Assembly (NCBI GenBank): GCA_002269645.1
Contig: NIVC01001611.1
Span: forward strand, 1 to 64,000
Length of the DNA stretch: 64,000 bases
DNA from: Macrostomum lignano
Taxonomy: Eukaryota
Reading direction: 5' to 3'
Shown: piece by piece, positions 44,399-56,735 of the stretch
Layout: every line of letters starts with the position of its first letter
Position numbering within the stretch: the first letter of the stretch is position 1
Translations under genes and position numbers: made by a program
The notes under the pieces: generated by a model
Databases searched by the model: none
Told to the model about the DNA's origin: nothing
The model's input: only the letters and a program-made list of their open reading frames with translations

Positions 44399-45689
44399 GC
44401 CGTCTGGGCATATCGCTGCTGACGAGTTGATCTCGCGAAGAGTTATGGTTATGAGTTATATCCTGGCTGTCCGTCAGTCCGTCTGCCCTGTCCTTTTGTC
44501 CTACCTCCGAATTAGGTCACTTGGGAAGGAAAGCGCGACCTCTTAAGGCTGCTATTGTTTTGTCGTAACAACAGAAAAAAAGAAGATAATTTCCCTAAGC
44601 TCTGTATTATTGCAGCTTTGAACTGACTGAGGAATTCAATGTATTGTATATATATAAAATTTGTGTGTGCGTGTATAGTTCACGCTATTCCTAATTCTCT
44701 TGCTCTAAAAGATTGAGGCCAGACAGAGAGAGGGGGAGAGGAGAGAATAAGAGGGAGAGAGAGAAGGAGAGGCCGGGTTGGCTGGGGAGCTGAGACACGA
44801 GAGGAGAGAAAGGCGCAGAGCGTGGCGCCAATAAAAATACGAGGTAAAAGCCAGAGGATGAAGGGCGGGAGGTTGGCCAGCCTTCACCCCCGCCACCCCC
44901 GATCCCAGCTCCCGTCGTCACCCCCCCCCCAAGTTGGGTCGACCGACCTCGCCAAGCAGCCTCAGCCGCTACTGCGGGGTCTCTCATTCTCACGCACTTC
45001 TGCTTGTGGCTGCTGCTATAGGGGGGTTGGGGATTAGCTCCACCTATGAGGCTTAATACCTCATCCAGCCCTAGGGCCAGGCCGTAAAGGCATCCCAGTC
45101 CAGCCCAGGTCCGTAGGGGGGGGGGATAAAGTGCCGCACGTGCGTCGGGCTTGAGGTGGACTGACCCAGGCAAGGAATTCTATAAGGATAGTAAGCTCGT
45201 ATTGGCATTGAAGAATTTGGGGGCAGAGGATGACTGAAGGATTGCCCATTTGTGGGATCACGATCCTTCGCGCTGCCTTCTCTTCCCTCCCCTGCCCCAA
45301 TCCCAACCCCTCATTTTCAATGCCCAATGCTTTACACTTATAAGTCCCTGCCTTGATTCCCCCCTCCGCAGATTCCATCCACTTGTGTTCATCAAGAGGC
45401 TGGCGCGGGCGGGTTATGAGGCTGGAGAGAAGAGCGCTGCTGAGTCTGCGGGGCAGGCAATGGGAGGCAATGGGCGGAGGGGAAATCACTACTCAGTAAG
45501 TAAATCAATCGATGCTAAGCCAGTTTTCTGTCCTTGTGGGTTTATAAGAAATTCTGGGCATTGGCAGCGCTGTGAAATCGATGGTTGGCATCTCATCGGA
45601 TTATTGGTCGGGCGTGAAATCTTCTTGTCCGCTGCTCAGCTGTTTTGTCTCAGTCCACTTTTGCTCTAGTCTCATAGCCTAGTACTCCT

Positions 45690-46258
45690 GCGTAATCTAA
45701 TGTTGAGATTAGACAGTAATCTGAAATTAGACAGTAATCTGAGGTTAGACACCCAGGTGAGATTAGACACCAGTGTGAGATTAGACACCAGAGTGAGATT
45801 ATACACTAGAGTGAGATTAGACACCAGACTGAGATTAGACACCATGCAGAGTGAGATTAGACACCAGAGTGAGATTAGACCCAAGACTGAGATTAGACAC
45901 CAGACTGAGATTAGACAACAGAGTGAGATTAGACACCAGACTGAGATTAGACACAGACTGAGATTAGACCCCAGACTGAGATTAGACACCAGAGTGAGAT
46001 TAGACACCAGACTGAGATTAGACCCCAGAGTGAGATTAGACACCAGAGTGAGATTAGACCCCAGAGTGAGATTAGACACCAGACTGAGATTAGACACCAG
46101 ACTGAGATTAGACACCAGAGTTAGATTAGACACCAGACTGAGATTAGACACCAGACTGAGATTAGACACCAGACTGAGATTAGACACAGACTGAGATTAG
46201 ACACCAGACTGAGATCAGACACCAGAGTGAGGTTAGACACCAGACTGAGAATAGACAC
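45690..46258. repeat. 18-bp minisatellite (GAGATTAGACACCAGACT)
   Basis: Read directly. Confidence 0.93.
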
Positions 46259-46934
46259 CATGAGGGATCAGTATAGCTCAATAAATTGCAGGCTAGCTGT
46301 GTCCAAAATTGGCTTGCCGCGATAAAGTGAATCAGTCTCGATTCAACCCAACGCCCAGAGCTAATGGCACACACTGCGGTCAGTGGCGGGGTTAGGGTGA
46401 AGCAAATGAGGCGGCCCAGTTGGCCTGATTAAGGGATTAGAGTTGCCGAGAGTGGCTGGGCAGGTCTACAGAGACTTCGGCTCTCAGCTCTTGACTGACT
46501 GAGAGAATAAGTGACAGCCGCAGTAGCGTGGCGAAGGGATCAGAGCCCTCACTGCCTCCTCCCCAATTATGGGTCGCACACAAGAAGCAGCAGCCGCCCG
46601 AGGGCGTCACGCAAAGCCAAGCAAATTTGAGTTGAATTCCTACTCCGCTCACAGTGAGCACTAAATATAATAAGCGAATAGGTTTAGACTGAGGTGAGAT
46701 AATTTGCGAAGCAGTAAACTGGCTGAGAGGGTGGCAGATTAGAGGAGGAGAGAGGAATTGCTGATTTGAAAGTGCCAAGCCGGTAATAAAAAACCTTTGT
46801 TCTATTATACAGTGGCTTGTGGACAAAGCAAATGATCTCGGTCCACTAATAACACCTGACTGAAGCATACTTCACTGAGAGTCTCGCGTTCAGTTTTGTG
46901 CGATTGTCCCTGCGTTTCGGAAAAATGCGACAGT

Positions 46935-49080
46935 TAAAATCTTGAGAATCTCGACCTGGAGAATCTCGACTCTTGAGAATCTCGACCTTGAGAATCTCGA
47001 CCTTGAGAGAATCTCGACCTTGAGAGAAGCTCGACCTTGAGAGAATCTCGACCTTGAGAGAATCTCGACCTTGAGAATCTCGACTCTTGAGAGAATCTCG
47101 ACCTTGAGAATCTCCACTCTTGAGAGAATCTCGACCTAGAGAATCTCGACTCTTGAGAGAATCTCGACCTTGAGAGAAGCTCGACCTTGAGAATCTCCAC
47201 TCTTGAGAGAATCTCGACCTTGAGAATCTCGACCTTGAGAATCTCGACTCTTGAGAGAATCTCGACCTTGAGAATCTCGACTCTTGAGAATCTCGACTCT
47301 TGAGAGAATCTCGACCTTGAGAGAATCTCGACCTTGAGAGAATCTCGACCTTGAGAATCTCGACTCTTGAGAGAAGCTCGACCTTGAGAATCTCGACTCT
47401 TGAGAGAAGCTCGACCTAGAGAATCTCGATTCTTGAGAGAATCTCGACCTTGAGAATCTTGACTCTTGAGAGAATCTCGACCTTGAGAGTCTCGACCTTG
47501 AGAATCTCGACTCTTGAGAGAATCTCGACCTTGAGAGAAGCTCGACCTTGAGAATCTCCACTCTTGAGAGAATCTCGACCTTGAGAGTCTCGACCTTGAG
47601 AATCTCGACTCTTGAGAGAATCTCGACCTTGAGAGAAGCTCGACCTTGAGAATCTCCACTCTTGAGAGAATCTCGACCTTGAGAGAATCTCGACCTTGAG
47701 AGAAGCTCGACCTTGAGAGAAGCTCGACCTTGAGAGAAGCTCGACCTTGAGAATCTCCACTCTTGAGAGAATCTCGACCTAGAGAATCTCGACTCTTGAG
47801 AGAATCTCGACCTTGAGAGAAGCTCGACCTTGAGAATCTCCACTCTTGAGAGAATCTCGACCTTGAGAGAATCTCGACCTTGAGAGAAGCTCGACCTTGA
47901 GAGAAGCTCGACCTTGAGAGTCTCGACCTAGAGAATCTCGACCTTGAGAGAAGCTCGACCTAGAGAATCTCGACCTTGAGAATCTTGACTTTTGAGAGAA
48001 TCTCGACCTTGAGAGTCTCGACCTAGAGAATCTCGACCTTGAGAATCTTGACTTTTGAGAGAATCTCGACCTTGAGAGTCTCGACCTAGAGAATCTCGAC
48101 TCTTGAAAGAATCTCGACCTTGAGAGTCTCGAACTGAAGAATCTCGACCTTGAGAGTCTCGAACTGAAGAATCTCGACCTTGAGAATCTCGACTCTTGAG
48201 TGAAGCTCGACCTTGAGAGTCTGGAACTGGAGAATCTCGACCTTGAGAGAATCTCGACTCTTAAGAGAATCTCGACCTTGAGAATCTCGACCTTGAGAAT
48301 CTCGACCTTGAGAGTCTCGACCTAGAGAATCTCGACCTTGAGAGAAGCTCGACCTAGAGAATCTCGACCTTGAGAATCTTGACTTTTGAGAGAATCTCGA
48401 CCTTGAGAGTCTCGACCTAGAGAATCTCGACTCTTGAAAGAATCTCGACCTTGAGAGTCTCGAACTGAAGAATCTCGACCTTGAGAGTCTCGAACTGAAG
48501 AATCTCGACCTTGAGAATCTCGACTCTTGAGTGAAGCTCGACCTTGAGAGTCTGGAACTGGAGAATCTCGACCTTGAGAGAATCTCGACTCTTAAGAGAA
48601 TCTCGACCTTGAGAATCTCGACCTTGAGAATCTCGACCTTGAGAGTCTCGACCTAGAGAATCTCGACCTTGAGAGAAGCTCGACCTAGAGAATCTTGACC
48701 TTGAGAATCTTGACTCTTGAGAGAATCTCGACCTTGAGAGTCTCGACCTAGAGAATCTCGACCTTGAGAGAAGCTCGACCTAGAGAATCTTGACCTTGAG
48801 AATCTTGACTCTTGAGAGAATCTCGACCTTGAGAGTCTCGACCTAGAGAATCTCGACCTTGAGAGAAGCTCGACCTAGAGAATCTCGACCTTGAGAATCT
48901 TGACTCTTGAGAGAATCTCGACCTTGAGAGTCTCGACCTAGAGAATCTCGACCTTGAGAGAATCTCGACCTTGAGAATCTCGACCTTGAGAATCTCGACC
49001 TTGAGAATCTCGACCTTGAGAATCTCGACCTAGAGAATCTCGACCTTGAGAATCTCGACCTTGGGAATCTGGACTCTTGA
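46935..49080. repeat. 15/17-bp satellite (GAGAATCTCGACCTTGA), 2.1 kb
   Basis: Read directly; contains a block duplication of about 331 bp. Confidence 0.96.
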
Positions 49081-49464
49081 GAAACTGCTGAAAACTGCTC
49101 GCGACTCTCCGAAGCCAGACAATTAATAACAAACCAGTGAGAAGTGCTGGCGATAGGGATTGAATGGAATAAGGGTTCATTTCCGACCATTTCAATTCCA
49201 TTAAATGCAGCTGTCACAACGCAGAGTAAATAGACAGACTGAGCACTATACAATCAATGAGTTATGACTTTATGAGTAAATTTGAACTGGCGTTCCACAC
49301 ACTATGTTTCTATTTATTCAATCAGGCAATCAATCAATTTATGAACGAATTTGTTCTAGAATAGAATTTTATTTGAAACGAGTGAAAAAATCAGTGCAAC
49401 TTTTATTGACAATTGCTTTGTTAAATTGGGTCACTCAAGAGAGACTTTTTCTGCGATTTCCGCT

Positions 49465-50188
49465 GAAGACGCTATTACATCAATCTTAGGCACTCTGACA
49501 TCAATCTTAGGCGCTATTACATCAATCTTAGGCACTCTTACATCAATCTTAGGCGCTATTGGAGCAATCTTAGACGCTATTAGAGCAATCTTAGTCACTC
49601 TTAGATCAATCTTAGGCGTTCTTGCATCAATCTTAGGCGCTCTTACATCAATCTTAGGCGCTATTAGATCAATCTTAGGCGCTATTAGAGCAATCTTAGG
49701 CGCTATTAGAGCAATCTTAGACGCTATTAGAGCAATCTTAGACGCTATTAGAGCAATCTTAGGCGCTATTAGAGCAATCTTAGACGCTATTAGAGCAATC
49801 TTAGACGCTATTAGATCAATCTTAGGCGCTATTAGATCATGTAGGTCGTACGCTACACTCTCTGCCTCACATTATTCATGACTTACCCTCTCGCCTAAAC
49901 TTGTTTACCGATTCTCGACCAATCACGCATCGCTTTACCCCCACCCCCAATATTGACTAATAAATATATTGAGCAAACAAAGCCACACAGAGGCCACCTT
50001 TCTCGGCACGCAAACCTAGACTTCACAGATCAATCTTAGGCGCGATTAGAGCAATCTTAGGCGCTATTAGATCAATCTTAGGCGCGATTAGAGCAATCTT
50101 AGGCGCTATTAGAGCAATCTTAGGCGCTATTAGATCAATCTTAGGCGCTATTAGATCAATCTTAGGCGCTATTAGATCAATCTTAGGC
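49465..50188. repeat. 21-bp minisatellite (TTAGAGCAATCTTAGGCGCTA), interrupted by a solo LTR
   Basis: Read directly. Confidence 0.93.
49840..50027 (+). mobile_element. Short solo LTR-like insertion, 188 bp
   Basis: TGT...ACA ends, duplicated GATCA (49835-49839 and 50028-50032), internal AATAAA. Removing it restores the host unit ATTAGATCAATCTTAGG. Orientation inferred from the AATAAA only. Confidence 0.78.
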
Positions 50189-51226
50189 TACTAGCTATAC
50201 TTCAATTTTGGCCAGCCCTAAGGCTTTCACAGATGGATTCCGATTGCAATGCCAAAACTCATCAATATACCAATATCAGCTTCAGCAAATCCAAAGCTAA
50301 CCTCATGTGAAAACTGGTCATGGTCAGGTTTCTTGGCGAGCATCAATTATACAACAGATCCCAATACCCACCTGGGCAGGTGAAAAAAAAGTAAAGCCAT
50401 TCCCATTCGTGGCCATACTCCAAGATTCGAAGATCTCAAAGCCGAAAAATAAGAAGCGGTGTCTGTTGGTAGGGTCCAGCGAAATCAATGCTTGTAAGCT
50501 TCTGTATGAGGGGATTAGCATTATGGGTCTGGCTGGGAAACTCTGGAGCTATTCCTTCTCCAAAGTTTGAAGATTTAAGCGTCTCACATTTTACCCACAT
50601 CGTCTGAGTGGCAGCAGACGACTTGTGCGGTCAAGTTGCCGGGGGAGACCCTCCCATGACAGACAAAATTCCGTTACAGGATCCCATGGCTGCCACGCAA
50701 CTGCCAAGGCCTGCTAAGTTGTTTCCTAAAGCTGCACAGCTTTTTCCCTTCCCTCCCCCAGGACGAGGGCTGCGCACGCGGGACCCCAGTCTCCAAGTGG
50801 AGTGTGGGTTGTGAAGACAGCCAAAATCCTTTTTTCTCTGGGAGTTGTTCAGCGTGTCCCCAAATCACACGCAGGTTTAACTGGTCTACAACCCTCTTTT
50901 TCTGCAACACCGGAATAGAAGAAAGAGGAACGGGCCATGCGGTCCGCAGTCGCTGGACTGCCACATCATGCGATCTTCGCTTCTCATTGTATTTCATGAC
51001 TTCAATAGCCTTTCTTCTCAGTCAACCAACCAGAGGGACATGGAGTTCTAAATACAGCAACTGGAGTTTGTAGCCGTGGTTGTTGTTGTCATTAGTTAAT
51101 CCTGAGCGCGCAGCACGCACCTCGGATATCTACGACTACCAATCTACCATAGACAATTGAAGAGGATTTTTCTAGACTGAATTTGTCTATGGCCAAACCG
51201 CATTCAGCGTTATGTTGTCATATAGG

Positions 51227-51696
51227 TTTTGTCAGCCTAACTGAGAATAAAGCCATCCAAAGTGAGAATTCTGCCTACGCTGACTGCGAAGGGCCTGGCT
51301 GCGTGCAGCCTTAGTCTATGGGCCATAGACTATAATGGATAAGCAAAGTGATAAAAAGCCATCCAATGTGAGAATCCTGCCTACGCTGAATACGAAGGGC
51401 CTAGCTGCATCCAGCCTAGTCTATGAGCCATAGACTATAAAGGACAAGCAAAGTGTGTTCCTGTTTCCGTTATTCCGTTCAAGCTATTGGCTAGTCATAT
51501 GGCTCAGAAGGTATAAAAATAAAATAATACGACACATAGACCAATCGATTCTCACATTGGATTGCTTTTTATCACTTTGCTTGTCCTTTATTGTCTATGG
51601 CCCATAGACTAAGGGTGCACGCAGCCAGGCCCTTCGCAGTCAGCGTAGGCAGGATTCTCATTTTGGGTGGCTTTATTCTCAGTTAGGCTGACAAAA
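51227..51696. mobile_element. Foldback element with inverted arms of about 145 bp and an internal partial duplication of the left arm; no TSD found
   Basis: TTTTGTCAGCCTAACTGAGAATAAAGCC... pairs with ...GGCTTTATTCTCAGTTAGGCTGACAAAA. The arms contain GTCTATGG-N-CCATAGAC. Confidence 0.8.
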
Positions 51697-51744
51697 GCAA
51701 TACTAAATGCACCAGCGATGCAACAAATATGACGGTCCCTATCG

Positions 51745-51875
51745 CCCGGGTTCTACTTCAGCTGTCCATGAACGCACTCCCTGCCTTGGACTGAATAAAG
51801 TGTATTTACTGTGTAGCCGCGCGCGGAATCGAACCCGGGGACCACTTTGACGAGTTTCCGCTTTCCACTCCAGAT
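51745..51875 (-). mobile_element. Truncated tRNA-derived SINE head or pseudo-tRNA
   Basis: Minus strand reads CTGGAGTGGAAAGCG...GGTTCGATTCC (A- and B-box-like) and shares GTGGAAAGCG with the SINE at 15449. No acceptor stem can be formed. Confidence 0.55.
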
Positions 51876-52152
51876 GCTGTATTTGTATCTCCATCAATCA
51901 GCCAAGTGGAATTGCTGGGAAGTGAAAAAAAAACACATTGAAGAGCTCTGACACGATTCAGCACACCTACCAACGGCTGGGGAGGAGAGCCTATAGCAGC
52001 TATTCATATTATAACAAGGTGAGAAAATTAAACCATAATTTTCAACTTGAATTGCTAGTCCTTTGGAAGAGGATCAGATCCTTTTATTGTTATTTTTAGT
52101 TCTCTCGCAAATTTTTTTCCTAGCCAATGTATTCCCATCATTGAGGAGCAGA

Positions 52153-52660
52153 GCTTTCCAGGAAACCTTTGCGTTCTATTGCCTGCACCTCTGAAACTTT
52201 CCAGGAAATCTAACTTTCCAGGAAACCTTTGCGTTCTGACTTCCAGGAAATCTAACTTTCCAGGAAACCTTTGCGTTCTATTGCCTGAAACTCTGAAACC
52301 TTCCAGGAAATCTAACTTTCCAGGAAACCTTTGCGTTCTGGGGGGTGTTTCTCGAAACTCACGTAAGTTCTATGGTAAGTTAGATCGTAAGAAAGAAATT
52401 TACGTGTAGCGTAAGTTTGCTCGTAAGACGCTTTCTCAAAACTCACTTAGACTTTGCGTGGCTTACGCTGTTCGTAAGTCGTATCTGAAACGAAAAGTTA
52501 CATGTCTATGGTCATAAATCTGCAAATATCTTTACTTAGTCTATCGTAAGTTGCTTTCGAGAAAGACCCCCTGACTTCCAGGAAATCTAACTTTCCAGGA
52601 AACCTTTGCGTTCTATTGCCTGAAACTCTGAAACTTTCCAGAAAATCTAACTTTCCACTA
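52153..52660. repeat. Compound tandem repeat (TTCCAGGAAATCTAACTTTCCAGGAAACCTTTGCGTTCT...)
   Basis: Read directly; interrupted by a MITE. Confidence 0.9.
52341..52570. mobile_element. PIF/Harbinger-type (Tourist-like) MITE, 230 bp
   Basis: 16-bp terminal inverted repeat GGGGT(G/C)TTTCTCGAAA and 3-bp TSD CTG (52338-52340 and 52571-52573). The empty site GTTCTGACTT is visible in a sister repeat unit near 52233. Confidence 0.88.
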
Positions 52661-53289
52661 ACGTCAACTTCAAAAAATCAAGTTCAAAAACTTTCAAAAT
52701 AAAAGAATCGGAGACCAGAAAAGTGAGAAGAGGACGCGCTTTGCTCATTTCTCTCTTTTCACTCCATCAATTCGATGTTGTGTCTGCCTATAGCCAGTCA
52801 AGGCGAGAATACGAGAGAGACGAGAGAGAGACATCAGCAACATGCGTTGCTTTGAAAGACATCTCGCCGCCCTGTCAGTAATCCGAAGCAAGCATGCTGA
52901 GGGATTAAGTCCTTGGGGGGGGGGAGCTGCATGGAGATCAGATCCTCTAACCCTGTGCCCAGATAAGAGGGACGCAGTAGGGGAAAGCCGCAACAAAAAC
53001 ACGCTGAGCTGGAGCCCTCTCGGAAGCTTATCTGACTATTACAGACGGCGCTTGACCTGATCCCTCCCCAGATCCCTCTAAAAAAGAATTGATGAGAAGG
53101 AGGGATATCTGGATAAGAAGAGCAGAATGACCTCGTACTGGACCGCGTGACGCGGACTAAGGATCTTGAAGTGTATCGGTGCGCAGGCTAGAAAAGATGG
53201 AGTGATCGATTGGCTATCCAACTCTGAGGGATGATTCTAGCGGAGTCGGAAGAGTACTGAGTCAAAATTTAAACTTTCTCCTTATATCA

Positions 53290-53545
53290 ACAATTTATTC
53301 ATTACATGGCCTGTACGGTGTTGAAACTACGGGGCTCGAGCTACCATCCTGTATTTCCAACGCAGCACAGAGCTACGGACCTATCACAGGCTTCCATGCA
53401 CTGGTGAACTCGTTCCATGCAGTCGTTTACGGATTTCTGCCGAAAGCAGCCTATTGTTCAGCGTACTAACCGCGATCAACTCTGCTTAACTTGGAAGTGC
53501 TGGCGGCGAATGCGCAGGGTCCAGGCTGGGGTTATATGATAGAGC
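53290..53545 (-). mobile_element. Possible 5S rRNA-derived SINE (SINE3-like) or degenerate 5S pseudogene
   Basis: Minus-strand 53492-53463, AAGTTAAGCAGAGTTGATCGCGGTTAGTAC, matches the recalled 5S internal promoter region AAGCTAAGCAGGGTCGGGCCTGGTTAGTAC at 23/30 positions without gaps. The 3' end has TGTAATGAATAAA. Outer limits are approximate. Confidence 0.45.
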
Positions 53546-53638
53546 TTTCCTGCTTTCCTTATTTCTTCAATCCTTAAGAGAATCCTGACTCCCAGCTCCT
53601 AGCTTTTCTCTGCTATAGAATAATTTTAGTATATCAAG

Positions 53639-53669
53639 ACTAGCACAATGCCCCCCTTCGGGGGATGCA
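53639..53669 (-). mobile_element. Helitron-like 3' terminus
   Basis: Minus strand: GC-rich hairpin TGCATCCCCC-GAA-GGGGGGCA, then TTGTG-CTAG followed by T. Confidence 0.55.
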
Positions 53670-54557
53670 CACGTAAACAAATTAATAAGCAGCATCCTGC
53701 CAGATTCTAATGCGGTGCTTAGCAAACAGTTCATGCATACTTTATCTTACAACTTCTTTGTTATAAAGTCAAGGTCTTCATGCTAAAAACTGTCCCCTGA
53801 AAAGCAAGCTTTCGTATTAACTACTCGGATATTCACGTTATGATTGGCTCTTGGAGTGAGCGATTAAGTGATTAAAATTGTAGGGAAAATACTGAGTGAG
53901 CTTCCTGAACTCTAGATTCTGTCTTTAGGATTCCTTGCAATTAACTCTTGACTCAAAGATCTTATGCAAGCTCAAGAAGTCAGTCCCGGGCGTCCCCATA
54001 GCGCAGGTCCCGCGAGTCTTGCAAGATATGCCAATAAAAAGGCCAAAGATGTAATATTACCTGTTGCAATAGAGTCCAAAGACACGCAAAGTAGACATTG
54101 ATGCCGGCTTTGATGAATTAATAAGAAAAAGTCAACAAAGAAGGATCTAATAGCTATTCTTGGTTTTGTCTATCAAAAAGATAGAACGCAAAAAAGTCAT
54201 ACCATTGCAATGTGAGTCCTCACCGAAATAGCGTGCGCGGTTACTGATACTGCAATCTGCACTGAACCTGGCCACAGTGCAAGCACGAAAGTTTGCTTTT
54301 GCCTTTGTTCGCACGTGTTTTTATTACGGCCTCTTTTTGCTTTCGCTACCTTCTTTGTGCTCTTAAGCTTCTTGTTGGACTCATGTTAACTAAAGGGGTC
54401 ATCATGAGCTCTAAATACTAGGTAAAAAGTTGCAAATTTCTTTAAAGATTTTCATGAGTAGGGAATGGAGATATGCGCAGATGTGAGCTCATATTGATTA
54501 ATAATTTAAATGGTACGAATATTCAATAATGGGATTGATCGTTATAGGATATTCAAA

Positions 54558-55165
54558 CGATGGGGAACTTCCAAGATGGGAAACAAACTTCTAGGATGGA
54601 GAACTTCCAGGATGGTGAACTTCCAGGATGGGGAACTTAGAGGGTGGGAACTTCCAGGATGGGGAACTTAGAGGATGGGGAACTTAGAGGATGGGGAACT
54701 TAGAGGGTGGGGAACTTCCAGGATGGGGAACTTCCAGGATGGGGAACTTCGAGGATGGGGAACTTAGAGGGTGGGGAACTTCCAGGATGGGGAATTCCAG
54801 GATGGGGAATTCCAGGATGGGAACTGCAGGATGGGGAACTTCCAGGATGGGGAACTTTGAGGATGGGGAAATTCCAGGATGGGGAATTCTAGGATGGGGA
54901 ATTCCAGGATGGGGAATTCCAGGATGGGGAATTCCAGGAAGGGTAATTCTAGGATGGGGAATTTCCAGGATGGGTAACTTCCAGGATGGGGAACGTCCAG
55001 GATGGGGAATTCCAGGATGGGGAATTTCCAGGATGGGTAACTTCCAGGATGGGGAATTCCAGGATGGGGAATTCCAGGATGGGAAACTTCGAGGGTGGGG
55101 AACTTCCAGAATGGGGAACTTCCAGGACGGGGAACTTCCAGGATGGGGAACTTCCAGGATTGGAA
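54558..55165. repeat. 15/16-bp minisatellite (GGATGGGGAACTTCCA)
   Basis: Read directly. Confidence 0.93.
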
Positions 55166-55598
55166 ACTTCAGTACACAGGGAGTCACTTTGGCGCTTATC
55201 CTGGTCTGGAATTGGTGACGAGGTGCCCAGAAAAGCAGAAAATTCTGAGACAGATATCCGCAAAACATTTCCCACAAGCCTTGTATGTTGGTAGTCCGCA
55301 GAGTTGATATTCGAGCATCCGCCGGACTCTCGAGAGATCCTGATCTGCTCTCAGCTCCCGTCTGCCCCGCTCCGCTTGTTTTCATTGAATATATTCTCGG
55401 TGCGTAAATTTACTCTGAGACCAGATTTTTCCATTGCTCAGACAGATTGGCTCAGTGAGGGAGGATCCTTCGGGTCAGACAGAAGTACGCGTGCATGCAA
55501 GGCTTTTCGACGCTTCATTAATTATTCATGAGCAGTCGCTACCGTTCGGCCAAGAACTACTATATGGAGTAGTTTGGATTGGAGTTCAGATAAAATGG

Positions 55599-56321
<723 letters not shown>

Positions 56322-56561
56322 CTCTCCTTGAGTGAATAGCGCCTAAGCATCGAAAGTCAGAATTCGGGTTTGGCTGTGCAACTAATGGACTGACTTTGTG
56401 GAACAGAAGAGCAAGTGCTACTGGGAGCGTCTATCCGAGAAAGTCTCTTCTTAAGGGCGTGGCTTTTTGAAACAAATTTTGAGCTGATCTGACTCATTAT
56501 CTGTTTAGAAATCGTAAAGTTTCTCAAATATCTTTCAGCAGCATCTGATTTAGCGTATATA

Positions 56562-56735
56562 AATGAGTTACAGTAGTGAATTCGAATGAGTTACAGTAGT
56601 GACGTCGAATGAGTTACAGTAGTGACGTCAATGAGTTACAGTAGTGACGTCGAATGAGTTACAGTAGTGACGTCAACGAGTTACAGTAATGACGTCGAAT
56701 GAGTTGCAGTAGTGACGTGAATGAGTACAGTAATA
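56562..56735. repeat. About 23-bp minisatellite (GAGTTACAGTAGTGACGTCGAAT)
   Basis: About 8 degenerate units. Confidence 0.85.

Noticed and set aside
46877-49109. Imperfect inverted repeat of about 20 bp bracketing the 2.1-kb satellite
   Set aside because: It needs a gap and two mismatches, and no TSD is present; kept only as a weak hint for the AGAATC hypothesis.
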